This document shows positions 18,725-28,512 of a stretch of DNA of 64,000 bases, piece by piece. Made by a program: the position numbers and the translations under genes. The stretch is from an uncultured virus (IMG/VR IMGVR_UViG_2739367660_000007) (Duplodnaviria; Heunggongvirae; Uroviricota; Caudoviricetes), in IMG/VR virus record IMGVR_UViG_2739367660_000007. One strand, written 5' to 3'. The notes under the pieces were generated by a model that was given only the letters and a program-made list of their open reading frames with translations, searched no databases and was not told where the DNA came from. Position 1 is the first letter of the stretch; each line of letters begins with the position of its first letter.

Positions 18725-21700
18725 CCATCGAACCGATTGCAAATGGCGAATCCGGCCATTCGGTACGCCTGAAGCTGAACGAGCTGATCGGCAACCACTA
18801 CACCAACGCGCAGGGTGCGGCGCTTGAGGATAACGTTGCCCAGCAAATCGCTGATGTGATCGAAAGGGCGCAGGCCGCCGAGAATGCGGCCGAAGCTGCT
18901 GGCACGCAGGCGGTTCAGGCCAATGAAACCGCAACCACTTTGCGCAACGAGTTCGACAGTCTGACGGTCGATTTCACCGGATCGTTGCTGGATGCCCTGG
19001 ATGCGATTCAGGCAGAAGCACAGGCCCAGCTCGACAACGTTGCTCAGCAAGTGAACACCGATCTGGCTGCCGTGCAGTCGCAAGTGAACACCGATCTGGC
19101 TGCCGTGCAGTCGCAGATTTCAACCGACCTGTCAGCGATTGCGAGCGACCTTGCTGCCGTCGAAGGCGATATTGTTCAGATTCAGGTGGATCAGGCCGCG
19201 CTGGATGCCGTCGTCTCGAATGGGCTTGCTCAGGTAAATTCGGACATCGCCGGGCTTCGGACGGAAATCAACATCGACGATTTGCGCATCTTCAAGGAAG
19301 AGGATGCAACGGATCGTGTTCTGGAACTGCTCGCCGGGTTGAAGATGGAACTGGCGTTCACTGACAAAAAGGTCAGGGATGCGGGCATCTATGTCGACCC
19401 AGCCAACGGCACGGTGAAAATCCGAGCCCTTGAAAGCACTTCGGAAAGGGTTTCTCAGGCTGAAATCGACATCAACGGCGTCAAGTCGGAAGTCGCGCTG
19501 AAAGCGTCCGTGACCTATGTGAACACGGCGATCAGCAACGCGCTTCTGGACCCGTCACAGATTCCGATCGTCGACGAACTGTCGCTGCGGGTCACCGCCG
19601 CAGAGGTGCGACTGGATGGTCAGGACGCATTGATTGAACTGAAAGCCGATGCGCTCACGGTGAACGGTATCGAAGTCAGGCTCAATCAGGCCGAAGTGGA
19701 CATTGACGCACTGGGCGCAGCTATCGCGCTGCGTGTGACCACCGCAGAGTTTCAGGCGGCCGAAAGCCGGCTGACGGCTGCCGAAATCGTGCTGAACGCT
19801 CTGGACGTGCCGAGCATCACCGCCACGGTCACAGATCAGCGCGGTCTCGATGAATCCTTCGACGCCAGCGCCTTCTCTTCGCTGGGTGCTCTGCTTGGGG
19901 GATATCGCGACCGGCAGAATACGCGCGAGGCGTTCGCATCGGCGCAGCAACAGCTGCGTGCCGTGGTCGATGAAAACTACGCCGCAGAGTCTTCTGCTCG
20001 ACTGACCCTGGCAGCACTCGTCGATGATACGCGGGCCACGTTGCAGGTTGAACAGATCGCGCGTGCGACCGCAGACGAGGCGATCTCCGTCCAGCTTACC
20101 AACCTTGATGCCTCGGTGACCGGCGTTTCAAGCAGCCTGAGTGCCAACTATTATACCAAGGCCCAGACTGACGCGGCGACGGCAGCCGCTACCCTTGCGC
20201 TCAAGAGCGAGATGGAAGGTGCCGGGGGCAGCATCGGCCTGCTGTCGGCAACCTTGTCGCAGGACTATTACACCAAGGTTGCAGTCGATTTGCAGCTTGC
20301 GCAGGCATCCACGACCCTCACCTCGGGTTACGAGGGTGCGATCGAGGATGAAACCGCGTTCCGCAACCTCGCCAATCTGCTGCAGGCCTATGATGCGATC
20401 AAGGGCCAGAGGCAGGCTCTCGCTTTCGCTCAGCAGCAAATCCGAACCGTGGTGGACGAAGGCTTCTCTGCCGAAGCGACCGCGAGAACGCAGCTTGCCG
20501 CTCTGCTCGACAATACGCGCGCCACGCTTGAAGTGAACTATTACACGAGATCGCAGACGGATTCTGCGATCTCCACCGCGACGCTTGCGCTGGAAGCCGA
20601 ATTGACCGGGCCGGACGGTATCGTCAGTCTGCTGGAAGCCTCGCTCGAACAGAACTACTATACCAAAGCAGCGACAGATTTTGCGATCGCGACTGCAACC
20701 CTTGCCCTGAAAAGCCAGATGGAGGGGCCGACCGGCAGCATCGGGCAACTGTCCGCCAACCTCACGCAAAACTATTACACGAAGACCGCCGCTGATCTCG
20801 CGACGGCAGCGGCAACCCTTGCCCTGAAAAGCCAGATGGAGGGTGCCGGGGGCAGCATCGGGCAGTTGTCGGCCAATCTCTCGCAGAATTATTACACGAA
20901 GACTGCAGCAGATACCGCTACGGCGGCGGCAACCACCGCGCTGAAAAGTCAGATGGAAGGTGCCGGAGGCAGCATCGGACAACTGTCTGCCAATCTCTCG
21001 CAAAACTATTATACGAAGACTGCGACCGACAGCGCGATTTCCACGGCGACGACCACTCTGAAAAGTCAGATGGAAGGTGCAGGGGGCAGCATCGGGCAAC
21101 TGTCTGCCAATCTCTCGCAGAATTATTATACGAAGACTGCAGCAGATACCGCTACGGCGGCGGCTACCACCGCGCTGAAAAGCCAGATGGAAGGGTCAAC
21201 CGGCAGCATCGGGCAACTGTCGGCCAACCTGTCTCAGAATTATTACACGAAGACCGCGGCTGACGTGGCGATGGCTGCGGCCACCGCGACCTTGAAAAGT
21301 CAGATGGAAGGCGCCGGGGGCAGCATCGGGCAACTGTCTGCGACCCTGACCCAGAACTATTACACGAAGACCGCGACTGACACTGCGATCTCGGCCGCTT
21401 TCACCACGTTGGAAAGCACGATCAATGGCGTGGGGGCGAACGTCGCGTCTCTTTCGGCCAATCTCTCGCAGAACTATTACACGAAGACTGCGGCAGACAC
21501 TGCGATCTCTGCTGCAAACACGAGCCTGCGGAGCCAGATGGAAGGCTCCACCGGCAGTATCGGGCTGCTGTCTGCCAACCTGTCGCAAAACTATTATACG
21601 AAGACCGCAGCCAATACCGCGATCTCGAATGCAACCACCACGCTGAAAAGCCAGATGGAGGGCCCGACCGGCAGCATCGGGCAGTTGTCGGCAACCCTGA

Positions 21701-23166
21701 GCCAGAATTATTACACCAAAGCTGCTACCGACAGCGTGGTTGCCGGCGCTGTGACGACAATCAATACCTCGATCGGGGATCTGAACGGCGACATCACTGA
21801 TGTCCGGGCACTGCGTCTGAATAACCTGAACGGCACATCGTTCGGTACGCTGTTGCAGAACCTCGGCGTTGCGTCGAACGGGACATCCGCTTTCGTCACC
21901 AACGTCGGCACGGCGATCAGCGATCTTCAGGGGAATGCTTCTGCTGGCTATCTGATCAAGGCTCAGGCCGGGAACGCGGTGTCGTTGCTCGATCTGATTG
22001 CGGCCGACGGAAGCGGGGCTCCGGTTTCGATTGCAAAGATTTCGGCGCAAGACATCCTGCTGGAAGGTTCCGTCGCGGCATCGCAACTGGTTGTCACAGA
22101 TTTCAGCGGCAACCTTGTGCCCAACCCGGCCTTCATTTTCGGGGATCTTCGCGGCTGGTCCGGGGTTCCGTCCAGCTTCTCGGTTGTGGCGAAAGGCGGT
22201 ACACATTCGGCGCAGCAAGGTTCTCCGACCAAGAACATGCTTCGGATCGAAACGGATACCGGGACGACCCGCAGCGCCATGCTCGCATCTTTCCCGGTTG
22301 AAGGGGGGCAGACGTTCCGGTCCCGCTATCAATACGCCACGGGTGGCTCGTCTCGGGATGTTTCGCTTTCGCTGCGGTTCGCCTGGTACGATGCTGACGA
22401 TGTGCAGATCAGCATTTCGACCGTCGCTGTCGCCAGCAATGCTTCCAACACTTCCTGGGTGACTTCGCCGCTGGGGCAGGCTGTCGCGCCGACGGGTGCA
22501 GCGAGAGTCGAAGTTTCGATGCGGCGTCTCTCCGGTGGCGCCGGCAATGCGTATCTGACCAACTTCGAAATTATCCGCCAGCGCACCGGCTCCACGCTGC
22601 TGACACCGAACAGCATCACGACCGATCTCGTGACCACGGATGATTTTGTCGCATGGTCGACCGCTCTGTTTGGCGGGCTGATGGCCTCTACGAACTATGT
22701 CAGCGGGGAGAGCGGCTGGAGGATCAACGTCAACGGCGACGCCGAGTTCGGCACGCTGGCACTGCGCAAGAATGCAATCACCGTGCCGGTGCGTTCCTAC
22801 TCGCCGGATTTCGTCGATGTGACTTCCGACAGCAGCTGGACGACCGTCGCCCTGATCAAGGTGCGCAGAACCGGCGTGGCGACCGAGTTCATGTTCACTT
22901 GTTCGCTTGACGGCTACGGTTCCGGCTCCGCTCAGTTCAGGTTGCTGCGAGGTACAAACAATGTCGTGCGCAGCGCAAGCGCGGTGACCGGGGAACGCGG
23001 CCGGCAGGCGCAGGTGGCCTTCGCAATGATCGACTGGGATGAAGGCACCGGCATGACCACCTACCGCATCCAGTGCAAGAAATCCGATCCGAACGTGACG
23101 GCGGGCTGGAACGCCAATCTTCGCGTGTTCCGTCGTTACTTCTCTGCGATCCAGTTCAGGAGATAA
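18721..23166 (+). CDS. Large tail fibre / host-specificity protein with coiled coil, 39-aa repeats and C-terminal beta domains
   Basis: ATG overlaps the upstream stop; 13 (N/D)YYT(K/R) repeats; GNLVPNPAF carbohydrate-binding-like domain; NYVSGESGWRI motif. Confidence 0.8.
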   Translation: MTIEPIANGESGHSVRLKLNELIGNHYTNAQGAALEDNVAQQIADVIERAQAAENAAEAAGTQAVQANETATTLRNEFDSLTVDFTGSLLDALDAIQAEAQAQLDNVAQQVNTDLAAVQSQVNTDLAAVQSQISTDLSAIASDLAAVEGDIVQIQVDQAALDAVVSNGLAQVNSDIAGLRTEINIDDLRIFKEEDATDRVLELLAGLKMELAFTDKKVRDAGIYVDPANGTVKIRALESTSERVSQAEIDINGVKSEVALKASVTYVNTAISNALLDPSQIPIVDELSLRVTAAEVRLDGQDALIELKADALTVNGIEVRLNQAEVDIDALGAAIALRVTTAEFQAAESRLTAAEIVLNALDVPSITATVTDQRGLDESFDASAFSSLGALLGGYRDRQNTREAFASAQQQLRAVVDENYAAESSARLTLAALVDDTRATLQVEQIARATADEAISVQLTNLDASVTGVSSSLSANYYTKAQTDAATAAATLALKSEMEGAGGSIGLLSATLSQDYYTKVAVDLQLAQASTTLTSGYEGAIEDETAFRNLANLLQAYDAIKGQRQALAFAQQQIRTVVDEGFSAEATARTQLAALLDNTRATLEVNYYTRSQTDSAISTATLALEAELTGPDGIVSLLEASLEQNYYTKAATDFAIATATLALKSQMEGPTGSIGQLSANLTQNYYTKTAADLATAAATLALKSQMEGAGGSIGQLSANLSQNYYTKTAADTATAAATTALKSQMEGAGGSIGQLSANLSQNYYTKTATDSAISTATTTLKSQMEGAGGSIGQLSANLSQNYYTKTAADTATAAATTALKSQMEGSTGSIGQLSANLSQNYYTKTAADVAMAAATATLKSQMEGAGGSIGQLSATLTQNYYTKTATDTAISAAFTTLESTINGVGANVASLSANLSQNYYTKTAADTAISAANTSLRSQMEGSTGSIGLLSANLSQNYYTKTAANTAISNATTTLKSQMEGPTGSIGQLSATLSQNYYTKAATDSVVAGAVTTINTSIGDLNGDITDVRALRLNNLNGTSFGTLLQNLGVASNGTSAFVTNVGTAISDLQGNASAGYLIKAQAGNAVSLLDLIAADGSGAPVSIAKISAQDILLEGSVAASQLVVTDFSGNLVPNPAFIFGDLRGWSGVPSSFSVVAKGGTHSAQQGSPTKNMLRIETDTGTTRSAMLASFPVEGGQTFRSRYQYATGGSSRDVSLSLRFAWYDADDVQISISTVAVASNASNTSWVTSPLGQAVAPTGAARVEVSMRRLSGGAGNAYLTNFEIIRQRTGSTLLTPNSITTDLVTTDDFVAWSTALFGGLMASTNYVSGESGWRINVNGDAEFGTLALRKNAITVPVRSYSPDFVDVTSDSSWTTVALIKVRRTGVATEFMFTCSLDGYGSGSAQFRLLRGTNNVVRSASAVTGERGRQAQVAFAMIDWDEGTGMTTYRIQCKKSDPNVTAGWNANLRVFRRYFSAIQFRR
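20146..21760 (+). repeat. Coding 117 bp (39 aa) tandem repeat
   Basis: SIGQLSANLSQNYYTKTAADTATAAATTALKSQMEGAGG units; NYY codons 117 bp apart (e.g. 20770, 20887). Confidence 0.92.
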
Positions 23167-23167
23167 A

Positions 23168-23623
23168 ATGCCAGCCTTCATCGTCTATTCATCCCTTGAA
23201 GGGGGAACTGATCGCACTGTCATCCGGTACGGGGAGGCACCGGCAGAAGACATCGAGGATCAGGCCGGAACAAATGAGATCGCCGTGGCGGTGCTCGCCT
23301 CGCAACTGGATAATTTCTACACCTATGCCCGCATCGTTGAGGACGCTCCCGAGAACACGAGCGGCAGCTATGTGGCGCAGATCAAGTATTATCCAGGTGA
23401 CCAGTCGTTCGGTTTCTTCATCGGCTCCAGCATCAGTTCCGACATCACAGTGAAGCAGCAACGCGACATTCTGCTTGCGGACAGCGACTGGACGCAGCTT
23501 GCCGATGCCCCGTTGACCGCGACCAAGAAGGCGCAGTGGGCGACGTACCGGCAGGCTTTGCGGGACATTTCTTCGCAGCCCGGCTACCCCGGCAGCGTGA
23601 CCTGGCCCACACCGCCCTCATAA
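23168..23623 (+). CDS. Tail fibre assembly chaperone
   Basis: QRDILLADSDWTQLADAP...WATYRQALRDI...WPTPP. Confidence 0.85.
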   Translation: MPAFIVYSSLEGGTDRTVIRYGEAPAEDIEDQAGTNEIAVAVLASQLDNFYTYARIVEDAPENTSGSYVAQIKYYPGDQSFGFFIGSSISSDITVKQQRDILLADSDWTQLADAPLTATKKAQWATYRQALRDISSQPGYPGSVTWPTPPS

Positions 23624-23696
23624 TCACTTATTAGTGGAAACTCACTCTGTAATGGTGTAACTCTTGACCTAACTTTGTGGGCGAGAGGTTTCCAGC

Positions 23697-24917
23697 ATGG
23701 CGTGGTATCGCACCGGAACGGTGGCCGTAACGAACGGCAGCGCGACCGTGACAGGCACGAGTACACAATGGGTGTCGGCGGCCAAGACGGGCGATGCCAT
23801 TCATCTTCCTGACGGTCGGATTTACGAGATCCTGACCATCAATTCCAATACCTCGATCACGCTGGCGACGAACTATCTCGGGACCACCGCCAGCGGGCAA
23901 GGCTATGCCATTCAGCCGACGCGGGGCGTTGTGCAGAATGTCTACGATCTGCTGGTCTCCTATATGTCGTCGCTGTCGGCGCAACAGGATGGCCCGCTGT
24001 CTGGTCGTTTCGGTGACGGCACCGCTTCGGCCCCCGGCATCACCTTCCTCTCGGATCAGGATACCGGCCTCTATCGTCCGAGCGCAAACCAGCTTGCAGC
24101 CGTGACGAGTGGTGTCATGCGCTGGCTTCTCACGACCACGGGCTTCACGCTGAACCTGCCGATGACAGGCACCGCCGTGACCCAGAACGACAAGGATACC
24201 ACGGCCGGGCGGCTGCACAGGACCGATGACAATATCCTGTTCCATGCCCTGCGCCGGTTCGGCGGCTATTATCCGGCCGGGGGCAGTGCAAATATCGACA
24301 CTGCTGTAGCTGGTGATGCGGGGCTGTATGATGCCACACTCGCAGGGACATTTCCCGCTGCATCAGGTTTTTGGTGGATCACCTCGCAGGCGATATATTC
24401 GGGAACGGCACTGTTACAACGCGCCATTCGTTACACCGGAGTGGGTACGCCACCGGCGACGGCAGATGAATATATGCGTATCCGGGCAAACGACGGCACA
24501 TGGGGCGCCTGGCGGCGGGTCTACAATAGCGGATCGGTTGTCGGTCCAGTCAGTCAGTCAGGCGGTGTGCCTACCGGGGCGCTGATCGAGCGCGGCAGCA
24601 ATGCCAATGGAGAATACGTCCGCTTTGCCGATGGCACCCAGATCTGTACTGCTCAGAGGATTGATACTACCGGATTAACGGTGGCAGAGGGGCCATTCTA
24701 CATCTCACCTAATGATCTGACGTGGACTTTTCCCGCGAGCTTCGTCGCCGGTCCTTCCGTGAATATCATGGGTTCTCGGAGTGACCGCTTTGGTGGCGCG
24801 TTCTTGCGAGGGGCATCGTCAACGACAGGACAAGGCTTCCGTCTATTTTCAACGGTCGCATTATCAGCATCAGTGAACCTACCGCACTCGTGCATCGCCA
24901 TCGGCCGCTGGTTCTGA
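23697..24917 (+). CDS. Tail fibre protein
   Basis: MAWYRTGTVAVTNGSATVTGT N-terminus; GALIERGSNANGEYVRFADGTQIC...AIGRWF C-terminus. Confidence 0.88.
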   Translation: MAWYRTGTVAVTNGSATVTGTSTQWVSAAKTGDAIHLPDGRIYEILTINSNTSITLATNYLGTTASGQGYAIQPTRGVVQNVYDLLVSYMSSLSAQQDGPLSGRFGDGTASAPGITFLSDQDTGLYRPSANQLAAVTSGVMRWLLTTTGFTLNLPMTGTAVTQNDKDTTAGRLHRTDDNILFHALRRFGGYYPAGGSANIDTAVAGDAGLYDATLAGTFPAASGFWWITSQAIYSGTALLQRAIRYTGVGTPPATADEYMRIRANDGTWGAWRRVYNSGSVVGPVSQSGGVPTGALIERGSNANGEYVRFADGTQICTAQRIDTTGLTVAEGPFYISPNDLTWTFPASFVAGPSVNIMGSRSDRFGGAFLRGASSTTGQGFRLFSTVALSASVNLPHSCIAIGRWF

Positions 24918-24927
24918 GGGATATACC

Positions 24928-25620
24928 ATGGACATCGTTTTTTCGCCTCTCCGCAGCGACGACAGCCTCTCGCTTCACGTCTCGGGCGACACCGTTACCT
25001 TCAACGGCATTTCGTTCAATTTCTCGCAGATCGCGGAAGGAGAAATTCTCCCCGCCTCCGCAGTCGGTTGCAACATGCTGAAAGGGAACGTCACCCGGAG
25101 CGGCGGTGCGTTGCAGCTGGAAATCCTGCTGCCCTATTCGCCCGCGGGGGATGTGAACGGGGATGGCGAGATCACCGATATGGATGTGCCGGAAGCAATC
25201 CGGTTCCCGGCCCCGCTGTCGATCTCTGAAAATGGTCCGATCTCTGCGCCGGGTCTTTCCGAGCATCAGGGTATCACGGGGCAGGGGACAATCGACTGGT
25301 CCAAATTGGTGACCGTCGCACATCAGAAGCAGGATCGCCTGAACGAATGGCGCGCTTCCACTTCGATCCCGAAGCTGGAACTGCTTCTGAACCTGGTGAA
25401 AGCCGAAATCATCTCGGAAGAAAGCGCGATGTCGTCGGACATCCCTGCCGAGTTCGTGCCGATCATCGACGCGATGCCCAATCCGCCGCGCGCTGAAATT
25501 CGCATTCGCTGGGCGCATCTCGTCGATGTGCCTCGCTCCAGCCCGTTCGTCGGCATCGTGCAGAACGCATTCGGCTGGACTGATGAAACCGTCGACGGGC
25601 TGTTCGGCTGGGAGGACTGA
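24928..25620 (+). CDS. Tail fibre-associated protein
   Basis: FSPLRSD...GDTVTFNG..F.FS....GEILP motif typical of the gene after such fibres. Confidence 0.65.
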   Translation: MDIVFSPLRSDDSLSLHVSGDTVTFNGISFNFSQIAEGEILPASAVGCNMLKGNVTRSGGALQLEILLPYSPAGDVNGDGEITDMDVPEAIRFPAPLSISENGPISAPGLSEHQGITGQGTIDWSKLVTVAHQKQDRLNEWRASTSIPKLELLLNLVKAEIISEESAMSSDIPAEFVPIIDAMPNPPRAEIRIRWAHLVDVPRSSPFVGIVQNAFGWTDETVDGLFGWED

Positions 25621-28064
25621 TGAGCTTCAGCATCATCGAAGCCAGCCGGACTCTGAAGCGCCCCGTGAACCTTTACCTGTTCAAGGGCGCCGATCCCACG
25701 CTTGAATCCATGGTCCGGTCGATGGTGATGATCCCGGGCACCACGCAGTTCGGTTACGGGACCACCAAAGTCACGACCGACGACGTGCCGATGAACTTCC
25801 TCAACGGCAGCGAACTCAGCGATATCGAAGTGTCGCTGAACGATCTTCTCTCCGTCGCCCCGGACCTTGTGTCGGTCACACTGGTTGTCGCCTGGCACGG
25901 CACGGACTTGCGCTGCGGGTCGTGCCAGATCGTGCCCAAGGTAGAATCCGCAACCGGGGCAGACAGCCCTTACGTCTGGACTGTGGGGAATGTCACCCGC
26001 GGCAACGCGCAAGTGGTCTCACAGATCAGCAGCAAGCCTGCAATCGGCGGGGCGCCATCAGATCGCTCGATCTTCGAAGCGATTGCTGCGATCAAGGCGC
26101 GCGGGCTGAAGGTGACGCTTTACCCGTTCATCATCATGGATATCCCCAGCGGGAACAGCCTGACGGACCCTTACGGTGGCGTTCGGCAGGCAGCCTACCC
26201 TTGGCGCGGTCGGATTACCTGCAACCCTGCACCCGGTCAGCCGTCCACCGTCGACGGAACGTCCGGTGCGCAGACGCAGGTGAACTCGTTCTTCGGAGTG
26301 GCGGCGTCCAACCAATTCTCATGGGACGCGACAAACAAGAAGGTCAACTACAGCGGCCCGGTCGAATGGGGCCTGCGCCGGTTCGTCCTGCACATGGCAA
26401 CCATCGCGAAAGCTGCCGGTGGGGTGGATGATTTCCTTGTAGGCTCGGAACTTGTCGGGCTGACCAGGGTGCGTGCCAGCGGCAATACCTATCCTGCCGT
26501 CTCGGCTCTGGCTTCGCTGGTCACCAACACCAAATCCTACCTGCCCGGAACGCGCGTCAGCTATGCGGCCGACTGGTCGGAATATCACTCGCATCAGCCT
26601 GCGGGCGGCGGTCTCGTGTTCAACATGGACCAGCTTTGGGCTGCCTGCGATTTCGTGGCGATCGACAATTATCTGCCGCTGACCGACTGGCGCAACAGCG
26701 GGTCGAACATCGACTCCGAGATCGCCTTTTCTCCCTACGACGAAACCTATCTGCGCGATAACATCGAAGGCGGCGAATACTACGACTGGTATTACGCCTC
26801 GTCGAATGATCGCACCAATCAGACGAGGACGCCCATCGACCACTGGCGGTGGCGGCAGAAGGATATCCGCTCGTGGTGGAAGAATAACCACTACAATGTT
26901 TCTGCGGCAGGGGTCGTCAGCACCACGGCGACCTCCTGGACGGCTCAAGGGAAGCCGGTTGTATTCACGGAACTCGGCTGCCCTGCGGTGAACCTCGGGG
27001 CCAATCAGCCGAACGTCTTCGTCGATGCCAAGTCGTCCGAAAGCGCGGTGCCCTATTTCTCGAACGGAAATCAGGATCCGGCGATGCAGCGCGCCTACAT
27101 CGAGGCGTGGCTTTCCTATTGGCGCGTCTACAACGAACCCGGTTTCATCGAATACGACAGCATCGGGCTGTGGGCATGGGACGCTCGCCCCTATCCGACA
27201 TTCCCTTCGCGGTCTGATTTCTGGGGCGACAGTGACAACTGGCTGAAAGGTCACTGGCTCACCGGCAGACTGGTGCCGGGCCGGGCCATCGAGTCCAGCT
27301 TCTCGCAGTTTTTCGCTTTCACCAATGCGGAAAAGCCGGTGATGCGGGATGGCATTACCTTCCAGCCGTGGCCGGTTGAGCATGGTGACTTTTCGCAGGA
27401 CGGCACGCTCGACAAATCCGGCCTCGACGTGACGCTTGCCGTCGGCACCGGGATCGACGCCCTGTTCAGCGCAGGGGCTCCGAGCGGTGTGCTGAATCTG
27501 ATCATCTACAAGGGGCATCACGGGCTCGGCTCTGATGCGAAAAACTGGCCGGTGGAATGGAGCGGTCAGGTTGCCGGCGTCAGCTTCAAGAACAACAACC
27601 GCCTGACCGTCAGCGCGCAGTCGATCGCCACTTCCATGTCCCGGCCCGGTCTGCGCCGCAATTACCAGTTGCATTGCCCCCATGCGCTCTACGGGGAATC
27701 CTGCCGGGCGTCACTGCGGAACGCAAGTGCACTGGTGACGATCTCCGGTGCGACCTCCACCTATGTGGCCCTGAGTTCGGCGCCGCCAGTCGCGCGCGGA
27801 AAATATGCAGGCGGCCTGCTGTTCTGGACAGATGCAAACGGCACCCGCCAGGTGCGGACTATCCTCAGCATTTCTGCCACCAACCGGGTCAATGTGCGAG
27901 GGATCATCTCCGGTCTGTCGTCCGGGGACGAAGTGACGATCGCTCTGGGCTGCAATCGGAAAATGAATGATTGCCGGGATTTGCACGGGAACATTCTGAA
28001 CTTCGGCGGGCAGCCCTTCATTCCGCTGCAAAGCCCGGTGTCCAGCACCTCCATCTTCTATTGA
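25620..28064 (+). CDS. Tail hub protein (DUF2163/BR0599) with an inserted GTA TIM-barrel domain
   Basis: QAAYPWRGRI, SYAADWSEY, IDNYLPLTDWR, EGGEYYDWYYAS, WAWDARPYP (GTA_TIM); C-terminal CPHALYGESC and GCNR...C...NFGGQPFIP (BR0599). Confidence 0.88.
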   Translation: MSFSIIEASRTLKRPVNLYLFKGADPTLESMVRSMVMIPGTTQFGYGTTKVTTDDVPMNFLNGSELSDIEVSLNDLLSVAPDLVSVTLVVAWHGTDLRCGSCQIVPKVESATGADSPYVWTVGNVTRGNAQVVSQISSKPAIGGAPSDRSIFEAIAAIKARGLKVTLYPFIIMDIPSGNSLTDPYGGVRQAAYPWRGRITCNPAPGQPSTVDGTSGAQTQVNSFFGVAASNQFSWDATNKKVNYSGPVEWGLRRFVLHMATIAKAAGGVDDFLVGSELVGLTRVRASGNTYPAVSALASLVTNTKSYLPGTRVSYAADWSEYHSHQPAGGGLVFNMDQLWAACDFVAIDNYLPLTDWRNSGSNIDSEIAFSPYDETYLRDNIEGGEYYDWYYASSNDRTNQTRTPIDHWRWRQKDIRSWWKNNHYNVSAAGVVSTTATSWTAQGKPVVFTELGCPAVNLGANQPNVFVDAKSSESAVPYFSNGNQDPAMQRAYIEAWLSYWRVYNEPGFIEYDSIGLWAWDARPYPTFPSRSDFWGDSDNWLKGHWLTGRLVPGRAIESSFSQFFAFTNAEKPVMRDGITFQPWPVEHGDFSQDGTLDKSGLDVTLAVGTGIDALFSAGAPSGVLNLIIYKGHHGLGSDAKNWPVEWSGQVAGVSFKNNNRLTVSAQSIATSMSRPGLRRNYQLHCPHALYGESCRASLRNASALVTISGATSTYVALSSAPPVARGKYAGGLLFWTDANGTRQVRTILSISATNRVNVRGIISGLSSGDEVTIALGCNRKMNDCRDLHGNILNFGGQPFIPLQSPVSSTSIFY

Positions 28065-28072
28065 GGTGAATC

Positions 28073-28312
28073 ATGCCGTTTCAGTTGCTGCCTCTGCTGT
28101 TCAATGTGCTGATCGGCTTCGCCATCCAGTTGATCGGCTACATGTTCATGCCTCGCCCGAAGGGTCCGAAGCCTGACGAGCTGAAAGATGCCGAGAGCCC
28201 GACAGCCGAAGCGGGAATGCCGATCCCGGTGCCGTTCGGGGACATCACCATCACAGGGGTGAATTATCTCTGGACCGGAGAGAAGGAGACGACGGTGGAG
28301 AAGGTCAAATGA
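28073..28312 (+). CDS. Small tail assembly protein
   Basis: Hydrophobic N-terminus plus PTAEAGMPIPVPFG. Confidence 0.7.
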   Translation: MPFQLLPLLFNVLIGFAIQLIGYMFMPRPKGPKPDELKDAESPTAEAGMPIPVPFGDITITGVNYLWTGEKETTVEKVK

Positions 28313-28512
28313 CCGACAGGATAACCGTCGACGATCTGCGGAAGGTGACGCTCTGCGTCAAAGGGCTGCGGCGATATTTCAATGAACGAGGTCTGGATTT
28401 CAAGGACTTCGTGAAGAACGGAATGACGGTCGAAGATGCCATGCTGCACGGTGACGAGGCGTTCATTCGGCGGGTGATCGAGATGAAAGGGCAGGGCGAT
28501 GGGGAGCAGTAA
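28309..28512 (+). CDS. Small conserved tail-region protein
   Basis: CVKGLRRYF...GLDFKDFVKNG; conserved position before the tail tip gene. Confidence 0.65.
   Translation: MTDRITVDDLRKVTLCVKGLRRYFNERGLDFKDFVKNGMTVEDAMLHGDEAFIRRVIEMKGQGDGEQ

Noticed and set aside
18721..24917. Diversity-generating retroelement or invertible tail fibre
   Set aside because: No reverse transcriptase, invertase or template/variable repeat pair seen
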